Position numbers and translations under genes: made by a program
Notes under the pieces: generated by a model
Told to the model about the DNA's origin: nothing
The model's input: only the letters and a program-made list of their open reading frames with translations
Databases searched by the model: none
In this document: positions 1 through 10,588 of the stretch, piece after piece
How positions within the stretch are numbered: position 1 is the first letter of the stretch
Layout of the letters: each line of letters begins with the position of its first letter
Assembly (NCBI GenBank): GCA_046292385.1
Contig: JBKBRF010000014.1
Location: 24,234-88,233 of the forward strand
Direction: 5' to 3'
DNA: 64,000 nt
Source of the DNA: Armatimonadota bacterium
GTDB taxonomy: Bacteria; Armatimonadota; SYMT01

Positions 1-237
1 GGGGGGTGGATTGTCGCCGTTTCCCAAAAAAAGCCTCCCCCCGCTTCTTTTCTCAGCGCCTATCGCGGGCCAGGTTAAAAGCCGCATCGGTCCCGGAAAT
101 AATCGACCGATAGATAAGCCCGCCTTGGGCCACTAAGGAGGTGAAGGCGTCCCGGAGGCGGTTCTGCCGGCGCCTGCCGTCTAACCTGCGGAAGCCTGCC
201 GGGTTAGCGAGTGCGAACGGTGACGAAAGCTGCGGTC

Positions 238-861
238 ATGAAACAGGATGGAGCAACGACGCTTCCCGACCTGCGGAGCAAGCGGGAACGACAGTCCGCG
301 GAAATCCGGGAGCGGCTGTTCAACGCCGCCATCGAGCTCTTTGCGGAGCGCGGCCTGGATGGCGTGACGATCGGTGACATCACCGACCGCGCCGACGTAG
401 GGAAAGGCACCTTCTTCAACCACTTCTCCAACAAGGAAGCGGTGCTCACCCACTTCGGGGTCACGCAGCTCGAGCGTCTCCAGCGGGCGATCCGGGACGG
501 CCGGATAACCGGCAGCCCGTCAGAGCGGATCGTGCAGCTCCTGATTCTCCACGCGCAGCACCCGGCGCTCACCCCGGACCTGGCGCGGGGGCTTTTCGTG
601 GCGCACCTGAACAATCCGCAGGTCGCGGAGCTCGACAATCCGAACATCTGGCACGTGACCGAGCTGATCACCGAGCTGCTGGTGGAGGGCCGGGACGCCG
701 GCGAGCTCCGGTTCCCGGGAGATGCTCGCGAGATGGCGCTCTTCATCTACGGTCAGTTCTTTCTTGCGATGCTGGCGTGGGCGACCGGCTTCGCGCCGGA
801 GCCGCTCCCGGAGACGGTGGAGCGCTACGTCTGCCTGGCGCTGAACGGTCTGCGCCCGTAG
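238..861 (+). CDS. TetR/AcrR family transcriptional regulator
   Basis: N-terminal TetR HTH (LFNAAIELFAERGLDGVTIGDITDRADVGKGTFFNHFSNKEA); ATG at 238. Confidence 0.93.
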   Translation: MKQDGATTLPDLRSKRERQSAEIRERLFNAAIELFAERGLDGVTIGDITDRADVGKGTFFNHFSNKEAVLTHFGVTQLERLQRAIRDGRITGSPSERIVQLLILHAQHPALTPDLARGLFVAHLNNPQVAELDNPNIWHVTELITELLVEGRDAGELRFPGDAREMALFIYGQFFLAMLAWATGFAPEPLPETVERYVCLALNGLRP

Positions 862-980
862 CTCCGGGCGAGGAGACCTGCGCCCGGCGTGGAGTCTCTG
901 TTGGGCTGGGAGGTCTTGCCGCGGGGGCGGACCAATACCGGAGTGGCGCATCCCCGCGCTCCCGTCCGCCCTCCACCTCC

Positions 981-3900
981 ATGCGTCTCTCGCTTCTGCC
1001 GCTCCTCCCCGCCCTCTCGGCTGCCTGGCTGCTCGCCGGCGCCGCCGCGCCCGCTGCTACCCAGGGCGCCACGGAAGGTTACTACCGCTTTCCGGACCTC
1101 CATGGGAGCACCCTCGTCTTCACGGCCCACGGCGACCTCTGGAAGGTCGACGCCGGCGGCGGCGTGGCCCAGTCGCTCACCAGCCACGCCGGCAGCGAGA
1201 CCCACCCGGCGATCTCCCCGGACGGCGCGCAGGTCGCCTTTACCGGCACCTACGAGGGGCCGGCGGAGGTCTACGTGATGCCGCTGAGCGGCGGGCTGCC
1301 GACGCGGCTCACCTACCACGGCGAGAGCGCGACGGTGGTCGGCTGGACCCCGGACGGTAAGGTGCTGTGTGCCACGCGGTGGGGTACCGGCCTGCCGGAC
1401 ACGCGGCTGGTGGCGATCGATCCCCGGACGCGGGCGTCGTCGCTCGTCCCGCTCAGCCAGGCGGCGGAAGGGAGCTACGGGCCGGACGGCACGCTCTACT
1501 TCACGCGGCAGGCGTTCCAGGGCAGTCACACCAAGCGGTACCGCGGCGGCACGGCGCAGCAGCTCTGGAAGTTCGCCGGAGAGGGGCGGGAGGCGCTGCC
1601 GCTCACCCGCGACTATCCCGGCACCAGCAAGACCCCGATGTTCTGGAACGGCCGGGTCTACTTCGCCTCCGATCGTGACGGCACGATGAACCTCTGGTCG
1701 ATGGCGCCGGACGGGACCGCGCTCACGCAGCACACCCGCCACGCGGGCTGGGACGTGCAGTCGCCGGCGCTCTCGGACGGCCGGATCGCCTACCAGCTCG
1801 GCGCCGACCTCCATCTCTTCGACCTCCGCACCGGCGAAGACCGCAAGCTCGCGATCCGTCTCCAGTCCGACCTCGACCAGACGCGCGAGAAGTGGGTAAA
1901 GGAGCCGGCGGAGTACCTCACCTCCGCCCGCCTCTCCGCCGACGGCAGCCGCGTGGCGCTGACCGCGCGCGGGCAGGTCTTCGTGGCGCCCGCGGAGCCG
2001 GGCCGGCTGGTGGAGGTGACGCGCCGCCCCGCCGCGCGGTATCGGAACGCGCGGTTCCTGCCGGATGGGAAGTCGCTCCTCGCCCTCTCCGACCAGACCG
2101 GTGAGACGGAATTCTGGCGGCTGCCCGCCAGCGGGATCGGGGAGGGAGAGCCGCTGAGCTCCGGGAGCAAGGTGCTGCAGATCGCGGCGGAAGTCTCCCC
2201 CGACGGCAAGCGCGTGGCGTTCTCCAACCTCGCCTCCGAGCTCTGGATCTTCGACCTGGACGACCGCGAGCAGCGGCTGGTCGCCCGCTCCCAGGACGGG
2301 CCGTACCGCGACTTCAGCTGGTCGCCCGACTCGCGCTGGCTTGCCTACGCCCAGGACACCGATACCTTTACGAAGGTGATGCTGCACCAGGTGGGGAGCG
2401 AGACGAGCACCGCCGTGACCTCCGGCCGCTCGGACGCCTACAGCACCGCCTGGAGCCCGGACGGACGCTGGCTCTACTTCCTCTCCGACCGCCACTTCAG
2501 CTCCCAGGTGCCGAGCCCGTGGGGGCCGCGCCAGCCGGAGCCGTACTTCGACCGCCAGACGAAGCTCTACCAGGTGGCGCTGCGGAAGGGCCTCCGCTCT
2601 CCGTTCAGCCCGGACGACGAGCTGAGCGGCGAGAAGCCGTCCGCCGGTGGTGAGGAGAAGGAGAAGGAGAGCGCGCCGAAGGTGGAGATCAACCTCTCCG
2701 GTCTCGAGCGGCGCGTGTGGGAGCTGCCGGTCGCTCCCGGGAACTACTCCGGCCTCTCCGTCACCGGCAGCCGCGTCCTGTGGCTCGCGTCCGAAACCGG
2801 CAGCGGCACGAGCCTGATGGCGCTCGACATCACGAACAAGAGCCCGGAGGCCAAGGCGCTGGCGTCCGGCGTCTCCAGCTACGAGCTCTCCGGAAACCTG
2901 CGCAAGCTCCTGCTTCGCCGCGGCAGCTCGCTCTACGTGATCGACGCCGGTGCCCCCGCGCCTGCCTCCCTGACGAAGAAGGACGTGAGCCTCTCCGGCT
3001 GGAGCTTCGCGCTCAATCCCCGCGAGGAGTGGCGCCAGATGTTCGTCGATGCCTGGCGTCTCGAGCGCGACTACTTCTACGACCCCAAGCTCCACGGCGT
3101 CGACTGGAACGGGGTGCTGAAGCAGTACCTGCCGCTGGTCGACCGCGTGACCGACCGCGACGAGCTGAGCGACCTGATCGCGCAGATGGTCGGCGAGCTC
3201 TCCGCCCTGCACAGCTACGTCTTCGGCGGCGACACGCGGCGTGGCGACGACTCGGTCTATCCCGCCTCGCTCGGCGCGGAGCTGGCGCGGGACGAAGCCG
3301 CGGGCGGATACCGGGTGACGCGGATCTACCGGGCCGATCCCGACTATCCGGACGACCTCGCCCCGCTGCACCGGCCGGGAGTCGACGTGGAGGAGGGGGA
3401 CGTCATCGAGTCGATCAACGGCGTGGCGACCCTCAGCGTGCCCGATCCGGCGATCCTGCTGCGGAACCAGGCGGGCCGGCAGGTGCTGCTCCAGGTAAAG
3501 CCGGGCGGTGAGAAGAAGAGCCGGCAGGTGATCGCGACGCCAATCGCGCCGGCTCGGCTCCGCGCGCTGCGGTACACCGATTGGGAGCTCTCCCGCCGCG
3601 ACCGGGTGGACCGGGAGGCGGGCGGGCGGATCGGGTACGTCCACCTGCGCGCGATGGGCACCTCCGACATGGCGCAGTGGATGCGCGAGTTCTACCCGGT
3701 GGTGAACCGCCAGGGCCTCATCATCGACGTCCGCCACAACGGCGGCGGCAACATCGACAGCTGGATCCTCTCCCGGCTGCTCCGCAAGGCCTGGTTCTAC
3801 TGGCAGCCGCGCAACGGCCGGCCGACCCCGAACATGCACTGGGCGTTCCGCGGCCACATCGTGGTGCTCTGCGACGAGTGGACCGCGTCCGACGGCGAGG

Positions 3901-4259
3901 CGTTTACGGAAGGCTTCCGGCGGCTGGGGCTGGGAAAGGTGATCGGCACGCGCACCTGGGGCGGCGAGATCTGGCTCAGCTACAACAACTATCTCTCCGA
4001 CAACGGGATCGCCTCCGCCGCGCAGACCGGCGTCTACGGGCCGGAGGGGGTCTGGCTCATCGAAGGCCACGGAGTCGATCCGGACGTCGTGGTCGACAAC
4101 CTCCCGCACGCCACCTTCAAGGGAGAGGACGCGCAGCTCCAGGCGGCGGTTGCGCACCTGGAGAGGCTGATCCGGGAAGACCCGCGCCCCGTGCCGAAGG
4201 CGCCGCCGTACCCGGACAAGTCCCACCGGCCCGCCGCCGGCCCGGCGAGCCAGCCATGA
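981..4259 (+). CDS. Tricorn-like S41 protease (signal peptide, beta-propellers, PDZ, S41 domain)
   Basis: GYYRFPDLHG start motif, SPDG propeller repeats, IIDVRHNGGG, TASDGEAF catalytic Ser motif, IEGHGVDPD. Confidence 0.95.
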   Translation: MRLSLLPLLPALSAAWLLAGAAAPAATQGATEGYYRFPDLHGSTLVFTAHGDLWKVDAGGGVAQSLTSHAGSETHPAISPDGAQVAFTGTYEGPAEVYVMPLSGGLPTRLTYHGESATVVGWTPDGKVLCATRWGTGLPDTRLVAIDPRTRASSLVPLSQAAEGSYGPDGTLYFTRQAFQGSHTKRYRGGTAQQLWKFAGEGREALPLTRDYPGTSKTPMFWNGRVYFASDRDGTMNLWSMAPDGTALTQHTRHAGWDVQSPALSDGRIAYQLGADLHLFDLRTGEDRKLAIRLQSDLDQTREKWVKEPAEYLTSARLSADGSRVALTARGQVFVAPAEPGRLVEVTRRPAARYRNARFLPDGKSLLALSDQTGETEFWRLPASGIGEGEPLSSGSKVLQIAAEVSPDGKRVAFSNLASELWIFDLDDREQRLVARSQDGPYRDFSWSPDSRWLAYAQDTDTFTKVMLHQVGSETSTAVTSGRSDAYSTAWSPDGRWLYFLSDRHFSSQVPSPWGPRQPEPYFDRQTKLYQVALRKGLRSPFSPDDELSGEKPSAGGEEKEKESAPKVEINLSGLERRVWELPVAPGNYSGLSVTGSRVLWLASETGSGTSLMALDITNKSPEAKALASGVSSYELSGNLRKLLLRRGSSLYVIDAGAPAPASLTKKDVSLSGWSFALNPREEWRQMFVDAWRLERDYFYDPKLHGVDWNGVLKQYLPLVDRVTDRDELSDLIAQMVGELSALHSYVFGGDTRRGDDSVYPASLGAELARDEAAGGYRVTRIYRADPDYPDDLAPLHRPGVDVEEGDVIESINGVATLSVPDPAILLRNQAGRQVLLQVKPGGEKKSRQVIATPIAPARLRALRYTDWELSRRDRVDREAGGRIGYVHLRAMGTSDMAQWMREFYPVVNRQGLIIDVRHNGGGNIDSWILSRLLRKAWFYWQPRNGRPTPNMHWAFRGHIVVLCDEWTASDGEAFTEGFRRLGLGKVIGTRTWGGEIWLSYNNYLSDNGIASAAQTGVYGPEGVWLIEGHGVDPDVVVDNLPHATFKGEDAQLQAAVAHLERLIREDPRPVPKAPPYPDKSHRPAAGPASQP

Positions 4260-4831
4260 CGATCGTCCTCGGCTCCTCGTCGCCCTGGCGCCAGGCGCTG
4301 CTCCGGGAGATGGGGTACGACTTCCGGGTCGTCTCTCCCGACCTCGACGAGCAGTCGATCCGCCGCGACGATCCGCGGGAGCTGGTGCGGGCGCTGGCGG
4401 AGGCCAAGGCGCGCGCCGTGGCGGCAAAGCTGGCGGAACCGGCGCTGGTGGTGGCGGCGGACCAGGTGATGACGCACGGCGGCGTGATCCGCGAGAAGCC
4501 GCGCGGTGCGGACGAAGCCCGGCACTTCCTTCGCACCGCGCACCAGGCGCCGCTGGAGACGGTGAGCGCCGTCGCGGTGCTCGACCCCGCCACCGGCCGG
4601 CTTGCGTCGGACACCGACGTGGTGCGGCTGGAGGTGGAGCCGATCCCGGACGAGACGATCGAGCGGCTCCTCGAGCAGGGTGAGGTGCTCTACTGCGCGG
4701 GCGGGATGCGCTTCGAAGACCCGCTGCTCCAGCCGCACATCCGGCGCATGGACGGAACCCTCGACAGCGTGATGGGTCTCCCCAAGGCGCTGACGGAGCG
4801 GCTTCTCCGCGAGGTCAGCGGCGGCGCCTAA
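4256..4831 (+). CDS. maf: Maf-family nucleoside triphosphate pyrophosphatase
   Basis: IVLGSSSPWRQALL, AEAKA, ADQV, EKP, SVMGLP motifs; ATGA overlap with the upstream gene. Confidence 0.9.
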   Translation: MTIVLGSSSPWRQALLREMGYDFRVVSPDLDEQSIRRDDPRELVRALAEAKARAVAAKLAEPALVVAADQVMTHGGVIREKPRGADEARHFLRTAHQAPLETVSAVAVLDPATGRLASDTDVVRLEVEPIPDETIERLLEQGEVLYCAGGMRFEDPLLQPHIRRMDGTLDSVMGLPKALTERLLREVSGGA

Positions 4832-5925
4832 CGCTTCCGGACCGACTGGATGAGCCGCACCACGTCCGGCCGCTGGGCTTCCCGCGCCACGTCGGCCGCG
4901 GTCCGGCCCCGCTCGTCCTTCGCGCCCGGGTCGGCGCCTTTCTGGATCAGCGTGTGGATCAGCCGGGCGGGGGCTCCGCCGGCGCACGCCGCCATCAGCG
5001 GCGTGATCCCGGCGTCGGAGCGCGCGTTCAGGTCGGCGCCGCGCTCCATCAGGAATTCCGCCACGGAGACGCGTCCTTCCTGAACCGCCGTCATCAGGGG
5101 CGTCCAGCCGTCCGCGTCCCGCGCGTCGACCTCCGCACCTCCGTCCAGGAGCGCCTTCACCGTCGTGATGTCGCCCTCGACGGTCGAGGCGTGCAGCTTC
5201 CGCGTCGTCTCGGACACGGTGCGCAGCGCTCGCGAAGTGCGCGGCGCTCCCGAAGGTCGCGACGGCGCGGGAGCCTCCACCCGGCGGGTCGGCGTGCCGG
5301 CGCGAGGAGGGGAGTCCGCGGTCCCGATTTTCGAGACCGCCAGGCGGAACCGCAGCTCGGGATCCTCCAGTTCCCGCTCTCGGGAGGGCTGGTCTTCGAC
5401 GAAGTCGAGCCAGCTCTGCAGAAAGAAGAGCTGCCGGTTCGCGGCCTCCAGCGCCAGCAGTTGATCCCGCTGGCTCCGACTCGCCGCTCCGTCGGCCGGA
5501 GCGCTGAGTGCCGCCCTCCGCGCCGCCGCGAGCCTGGGCTCCCACTCTCGCACCTGCTCCAGCGCCTCGCGCCAGGTCTCCCCCGGCTTGGAGGCGGTAC
5601 GCCGGGTGCAGCCCCGGCAGGCCGGCTCGGTAGGGCGCAGGTAATGGCTGTCCCGGCTCTCTCCCATTACCTGGCGGTAGCGCGCCTGGAAGCGCTCGAT
5701 CTCCCGCACCTTCTGCTCCACCTCCTCGCGGCTCCGGGCGGCCACCGCGCCCCACGGCTGCCCCGCCGGCGTCCGCCACGCCACGCGCCACTCCCCGCAC
5801 GGGCACGGCTTACGACGGGCGGTGCAGGGACACTGGTGCGCGGGAGCGGAAGCGGGCGCCGCCGCGGCGGAGACGGCGAGGGCACTCAAGACGGCGAGCG
5901 CGGAGAGGCGGAGTAGTGGGAGCAT
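4828..5925 (-). CDS. Secreted ankyrin-repeat protein with Cys-rich N-terminus
   Basis: Signal peptide; C-terminal ankyrin repeats (DGWTPLMTA, GITPLMAA, GRTAAD). Confidence 0.8.
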   Translation of the reverse strand: MLPLLRLSALAVLSALAVSAAAAPASAPAHQCPCTARRKPCPCGEWRVAWRTPAGQPWGAVAARSREEVEQKVREIERFQARYRQVMGESRDSHYLRPTEPACRGCTRRTASKPGETWREALEQVREWEPRLAAARRAALSAPADGAASRSQRDQLLALEAANRQLFFLQSWLDFVEDQPSRERELEDPELRFRLAVSKIGTADSPPRAGTPTRRVEAPAPSRPSGAPRTSRALRTVSETTRKLHASTVEGDITTVKALLDGGAEVDARDADGWTPLMTAVQEGRVSVAEFLMERGADLNARSDAGITPLMAACAGGAPARLIHTLIQKGADPGAKDERGRTAADVAREAQRPDVVRLIQSVRKR

Positions 5926-6064
5926 GAGCGTTAACCGGTAGAAGCAGCGATCCGTATCGTTCTTCCACCCGGAACCCGCTCCCCTAACAGCAGAAAGCAG
6001 ACTCGCCGCCGATGCTGGTGGTGTTATCGCGAGGGCTGTGGACGGGTAGCGCCCACCGTGCACG

Positions 6065-6101
6065 CGGCCTCACCCCCGGCCCCTCTCCTGCGAGGAGAGG
6101 G
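6065..6101. repeat. REP-like palindrome (CCTCACCCCCGGCCCCTCTCC...GGAGAGGGG)
   Basis: Intergenic hairpin CCCCTCTCCT-GCG-AGGAGAGGGG with a CCTCACCCC leader. Confidence 0.55.
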
Positions 6102-6197
6102 GAGCTATCGGTGTAAGGTAAGGCTGCTACGGCGGGTGAGGCCGCGCCGGAGCGCCTACTCTTCGGAGAGCGCAACGCACAGTCACGAGACTGCAGG

Positions 6198-6521
6198 CTA
6201 TCGCACTTCGACCAGCACCTGCAGGGTGCCTTCGTCGTCCGAGAGGCGTGCTTTCAGCTCCGCCAGGTACCGTTCCACCAGCGCCTCGGAGGCGGCGCGG
6301 CGGTCTTCCGGGTAGTGGACGCCGATCTCGAGCGTCACGCCGTAGGCGGCGCCGTTCGTCTCGTGATGCGGCAGCCAGAGCCGCTGCCCCAGGAGCACGA
6401 TGCTATCGACCGGCTCCTCTTCGGACATCGCCAGGCGCTGGATCTCCTGCCAGCCGCGGACGCCCTTCTCGATGAGCCGCGCCGCGCGCTGCTCCAGCGG
6501 TATGTATCGGCACTCCGACAT
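6198..6521 (-). CDS. Hypothetical protein (~107 aa)
   Basis: ATG with GAGGAG SD; protein-like composition (MSECRYIPLEQRAARLIEKG...). Confidence 0.65.
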   Translation of the reverse strand: MSECRYIPLEQRAARLIEKGVRGWQEIQRLAMSEEEPVDSIVLLGQRLWLPHHETNGAAYGVTLEIGVHYPEDRRAASEALVERYLAELKARLSDDEGTLQVLVEVR

Positions 6522-6728
6522 CGCACGCTCCTCACACCGGGCCGGCGCCCCAAGCGGCAGCCGCACCGCATGGTATCGCAGTCGCTCGGGCGGTGTAGCC
6601 GCGGCGCCGCGCGGCTTCCGAGAAGGGAAGTCGACCCTGGCGGCGAAACTCGCTCTTGTGGGCGGCGGCTGGAGACCGATCCGGTCCGCCGGCGTTCCCA
6701 CCGCCCGCTGTTTGCGGAGGTTACATCG

Positions 6729-7934
6729 ATGTCGAAGCACCAATCCCACGAGCCCGCGGAGGGGCGGGTTACACGACGAGCGCTGCTGCGGGCGGGAACG
6801 GCCGCGGTGGCGCTGAGCGGAGCCGGCGCGGTCGCCGGCGCGGCGCCGTGCGCGGCCGCGGCGGTGGAAGCGGCGAAGCCGGAGTGGCGCAACCGGAAGC
6901 CGGGAATGGCTTACCGGATGCTCGGCCGCACCGGGATGATGGTTTCCGAGGTGGTCTGCGGGGGCGACCCGGTCCACCCGGGCAACTGGCGGCACCTGGA
7001 GCTGGCGCTCGACATGGGGCTGAACTACCTCGACATGGCGCCGCAGTACGGCGACGGCGAGTGCGAGCGCGCGTTCGGTCAGCTTCTCGCGGCCGCGCCG
7101 GGCCGCCGGGACCAGGTGTTCCTCACCACCAAGGTGAGCGGCTTTACCCAGATGCGCGAGCGGATGTACCGGGAGATCTTCGACGGGCTCCCCGGCGGCA
7201 AGAGGGACGATCTGGTCCAGCGCGCCATGGAGCTGCGCCGGCAGCGCCGCGTGGAGCAGCCGGGGTACTTCCTCACCTACTTCCCCGGGCAGCAGGGACA
7301 GTTCGATCCGGCCTACCTCCGGGTGGCGATGATGCCGGAGTACTCCGAGCGGGTGGAAGGCAGCGACGCGTTCAAGAGATACGTGGCCGAGTCGCTGGAG
7401 GGCAGCCTCAAGCGGGTCGGGACCGACCACTTCGACCTCCTGATGTGCCCGCACGGCGCCAACACACCGGAGGAGCTCGACTGCCCCCAGATCTCGGAGG
7501 CGTTCCAGGAGCTGAAGAAGCAGGGGAAGGTCCGCTTCCTGGGGGTGACGGCCCACAACGATCCCGCGGGGCTTCTCCGCGCGGCGGCGGACGGCGGCCA
7601 GTACGATGCCGTGATGCTCGCCTACAACGTCATCAACGGCGGCTACCTGGAAGACGCGATCCGGCACGCCCACGGCAAGGGGGTCGGCATCATCGCGATG
7701 AAGGCGGCCCACGCCATCGCCACGCACCACCAGCAGCTCCAGCCGGTGCCGCAGTGGCGAATCGACAAGATCAACCGGGTGATTCCCGGCGACATGAAGC
7801 CGCCGATGAAGGCGTATCTCTGGGCGCTCCAGAACCCCGGCATCACCGCCGTGATCTCCAACCTCTGGGACGAGACCTACGTGCGGGAAAACCTCTCCCT
7901 GGCGGGGAAGAAGGTGGAGCTGCAGGCGGCCTGA
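6729..7934 (+). CDS. Aldo/keto reductase with Tat signal
   Basis: TRRALL Tat motif; YRMLGRTGMMVS, DMAPQY, TTK, GKVRFLGVT, IIAMK motifs; GGAGG SD. Confidence 0.9.
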   Translation: MSKHQSHEPAEGRVTRRALLRAGTAAVALSGAGAVAGAAPCAAAAVEAAKPEWRNRKPGMAYRMLGRTGMMVSEVVCGGDPVHPGNWRHLELALDMGLNYLDMAPQYGDGECERAFGQLLAAAPGRRDQVFLTTKVSGFTQMRERMYREIFDGLPGGKRDDLVQRAMELRRQRRVEQPGYFLTYFPGQQGQFDPAYLRVAMMPEYSERVEGSDAFKRYVAESLEGSLKRVGTDHFDLLMCPHGANTPEELDCPQISEAFQELKKQGKVRFLGVTAHNDPAGLLRAAADGGQYDAVMLAYNVINGGYLEDAIRHAHGKGVGIIAMKAAHAIATHHQQLQPVPQWRIDKINRVIPGDMKPPMKAYLWALQNPGITAVISNLWDETYVRENLSLAGKKVELQAA

Positions 7935-7955
7935 GGCGGAGCCGCGCCGACGCAC

Positions 7956-7994
7956 AAACGCCCTCCCCGGCCTTCGAGGCCGGGGAGGGCGTTT
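7956..7994. terminator. Bidirectional intrinsic terminator hairpin between convergent genes
   Basis: AAACGCCCTCCCCGGCC-TTCGA-GGCCGGGGAGGGCGTTT. Confidence 0.8.
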
Positions 7995-8020
7995 GCGGTT
8001 CCGGGTGCTCCGGCCAGCTA

Positions 8021-8404
8021 CTAAGTGGGGACCTGGTTGGTCGCCAGGACTTTCTCCACGTGGCGCAGCACGTCTCCGGTGGCGTACGGCTTGGTAAAGA
8101 AGCCGGCCAGGTTGAACTGGCGCACCTGATCGAAGTCTTCCCGCGCGCTCTTGGCGGTGAAGATCACGATCGGCACCTTGCGCAGCTTCTCGTCTTCCGA
8201 GAGCGAGCGGCAGACTTCCCAGCCGTCCTTGCCGGGGAGCATCAGGTCGAGAAGCAGCAGGTCCGGGGTGAACTGCTTCATCTTCTCGAGCGCTTCGTTG
8301 CCGTCCCACGCCTGCTCCACGTGGTAGCCCGCACGGGTGAGATTATAGTGAAGAAGGTCGTTGAGCTCGTCGTCGTCTTCCACGACCATGATCGTTGCCG
8401 GCAT
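8021..8404 (-). CDS. Single-domain response regulator (receiver)
   Basis: VVEDD, LLDLMLPG, IFTAK, TKP receiver motifs. Confidence 0.93.
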   Translation of the reverse strand: MPATIMVVEDDDELNDLLHYNLTRAGYHVEQAWDGNEALEKMKQFTPDLLLLDLMLPGKDGWEVCRSLSEDEKLRKVPIVIFTAKSAREDFDQVRQFNLAGFFTKPYATGDVLRHVEKVLATNQVPT

Positions 8405-8456
8405 CAGGCGATTCCTCGTCAGGGTGCCGCGGCGGGCCCCTGCTGTAGTTTGTGTG

Positions 8457-9986
8457 TCAGGTCCCCGCTGGGACCGCTTCCGGAGAAGGAGAGGGCTTTC
8501 CCCCCGGCTTCTCGGGCTTCAGGGGAAGGACGATCTCGAACTCCGTCCCTTTCCCCACTTCGCTGCGCACGTGGATGGAGCTCTGGTGCGCCTCGAGGAT
8601 CTGGTGCACGATCGCCAGGCCGAGGCCGGTTCCGCCGGTGCGGCGGGTGCGGGCCTGCTCCACGCGGTAAAAGCGATCGAAGATGTGCGGCAGGTGCTCC
8701 GGCGGCATTCCCTCGCCGGTATCCGCGATGGTGATCACGAGGGACTGGTCCCGCTGGTGCGCTGCCACTCGAACGTTTCCCCCGGCGGGGGTGTGCCGAA
8801 CCCCATTATCGATCAAGTTTAGAAAAACCTGGGTCAGCCGGTCACGATCAGCTGTGATCTCGGGCAAGTTTTCGGCGACCTCCATGTCGATTCGCACTTG
8901 GTTCTGGCGTGCCCCCTCGGCACAGACGTGGACCGCGTCCTCGATCACCGCGTGGATCGACGTCGGCCCGAAATTCTCCACCAGGTTGCCGCTCTCGATC
9001 TGCGCCAGGTCGAGGAGCTGGGAAGCGAGCCGCGCCAGTCGCTCCGTCTGGCTGATGATCCGGGGCAGGTAGCGAGCCCGCAGGGTGGGGTCGGTGTTGC
9101 CGTGCTCCATCATCGTCTCCGCCATGCCGCGGATCGCCGCCAGCGGCGTCCGCAGCTCGTGGGAGACATTGGAGACGTACTGCCGCCGCAGGCCCTCCAG
9201 CTGCAGCAGCCGCTGGGTCATCTGGTTCAGGGTGGCGCCGAGATGGGTGATCTCATCGGTCCCCTTCACCTCGACCCGGTGCTCCAGGTCGCCCGCGCCG
9301 ATCCGCTGCGCGCTGCGGGTGATCTCTTCAACCGGCCGCACGATGCTCGTCGCCAGCCGCACGGTCAGGAAGATGATCAGCACCGCGTAGAGCGCGAAGC
9401 TCGACTGCAGCGTGATGCGGACCCGGGCGATGTTGTTCTGAATCTCCGTCAGGGTGTACGCCACGCGGACCGCGCCCACGATCCGGTCGCCGTCCTTGAC
9501 CGGCGCGTTCGCGTACATCGTGTCCTGGTTGCCGTACTGGGGGTTCTTCCAGACCGTGGAGGTCGGCTCCCCCTGCAGCGCGAGAAGCATTCCCGGCCGG
9601 CGCTCTTCGGTAACCAGGGTGTTGACGTCTTCCGGGGTGACCGACGCCTTGATGATCCCGTTGGCGTCGGCGATGGTGACGCGCACGTCGGAGTACTGTC
9701 CCCACTGCCGCACCATGCGCTCCAGCGCCTTGGGATTGTCTTCCGTCTCCGGGGAGAGAATCGGGGCAGCGGCGTCCGCGATGATGAAGGACTTGGCCTT
9801 CAGCTCGCGGCTCATGTTCTGGGTGTAGTAGTCCCAGAGCAGGTTCGCGAGGACGACGCCCAGGATCACCAGCGGTATGCTGATGGCCAGGAGACTGCTG
9901 ACAATCAGCTTCCACCGGATGGTGCGGAAGAGCGGGAAGCTGGCGAACGCAGGGGAGGATTTCGGGTCGGTGGTGGGAGGTGTCAC
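8457..9986 (-). CDS. HAMP-domain sensor histidine kinase
   Basis: Two TM helices, HAMP, NVSHELRTPL H-box, N/G1/F/G2 boxes; GTG start approximate. Confidence 0.93.
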   Translation of the reverse strand: MTPPTTDPKSSPAFASFPLFRTIRWKLIVSSLLAISIPLVILGVVLANLLWDYYTQNMSRELKAKSFIIADAAAPILSPETEDNPKALERMVRQWGQYSDVRVTIADANGIIKASVTPEDVNTLVTEERRPGMLLALQGEPTSTVWKNPQYGNQDTMYANAPVKDGDRIVGAVRVAYTLTEIQNNIARVRITLQSSFALYAVLIIFLTVRLATSIVRPVEEITRSAQRIGAGDLEHRVEVKGTDEITHLGATLNQMTQRLLQLEGLRRQYVSNVSHELRTPLAAIRGMAETMMEHGNTDPTLRARYLPRIISQTERLARLASQLLDLAQIESGNLVENFGPTSIHAVIEDAVHVCAEGARQNQVRIDMEVAENLPEITADRDRLTQVFLNLIDNGVRHTPAGGNVRVAAHQRDQSLVITIADTGEGMPPEHLPHIFDRFYRVEQARTRRTGGTGLGLAIVHQILEAHQSSIHVRSEVGKGTEFEIVLPLKPEKPGGKPSPSPEAVPAGT

Positions 9987-10068
9987 GACAACGCTTGTCT
10001 TACCCGGCCGAGCACTGCCTGAAACCTCTTTTCGAGGGACTCGCGGCTGCGGGCAGCGGGGCGGGCAG

Positions 10069-10359
10069 CTACCCGGCTCCCTCCGGCTCCGAGTCCGAGA
10101 GCTGGAGCGGCGGCGGGGAGTCCGCGGGATAGAGCCGCGAGTAGTGGAACAGCGCGACGCGGTAATCGTCGACGATCTCCCGCGCCCACTGTTCTCCCTG
10201 CGCCTCCATCTCACAGGCGCGGCTGAATCCCGCCAGCAGGCAGCGATAGCCCGCGCAGGGATCCCCGTGCTGCAGCAGGCGCGTGGCGTCGTTTACCGCC
10301 CGGCACAGCAGCTTGTACTCGATGCGGCGCATCACCCCCGGGTCCAGCTCCGTCAGCAT
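10069..10359 (-). CDS. Hypothetical protein (~96 aa)
   Basis: ATG after GGAGG; helical protein-like sequence. Confidence 0.6.
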   Translation of the reverse strand: MLTELDPGVMRRIEYKLLCRAVNDATRLLQHGDPCAGYRCLLAGFSRACEMEAQGEQWAREIVDDYRVALFHYSRLYPADSPPPLQLSDSEPEGAG

Positions 10360-10588
10360 CTCCCGCCTCCGCTTCTTCTCCCTCGCTCTCCGGGTGCTTT
10401 GTACCGGTTCCTCGCTCGCTCCACACGAGGCGCGTCCCCGTGCGAAGGACAAGCGGGCCGGCGCCTGCACTCTCTCCCTCCCCCGCCGCTCGCCGCCCGC
10501 TGTAGCGAGGAGGACCGAAAGCGATAGAACTGAGGAGGGGGTAAGCGGGTCCGGCCCGCCCGCCCCACGCTCGGAAACGGGAGGAACG

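Noticed and set aside
86..111. ATCGGTC-N12-GACCGAT as a TetR operator
   Set aside because: The arms are only 7 bp with a long spacer, and there is no second copy to support it.
825..4427. Very long antisense or alternate-frame ORFs (also 18391..21834, 34623..37292, 37388..39364, 48752..52042, 51585..54590, 59215..61326)
   Set aside because: They are shadows of real high-GC genes, with low-complexity or mirror-codon composition and no family motifs.
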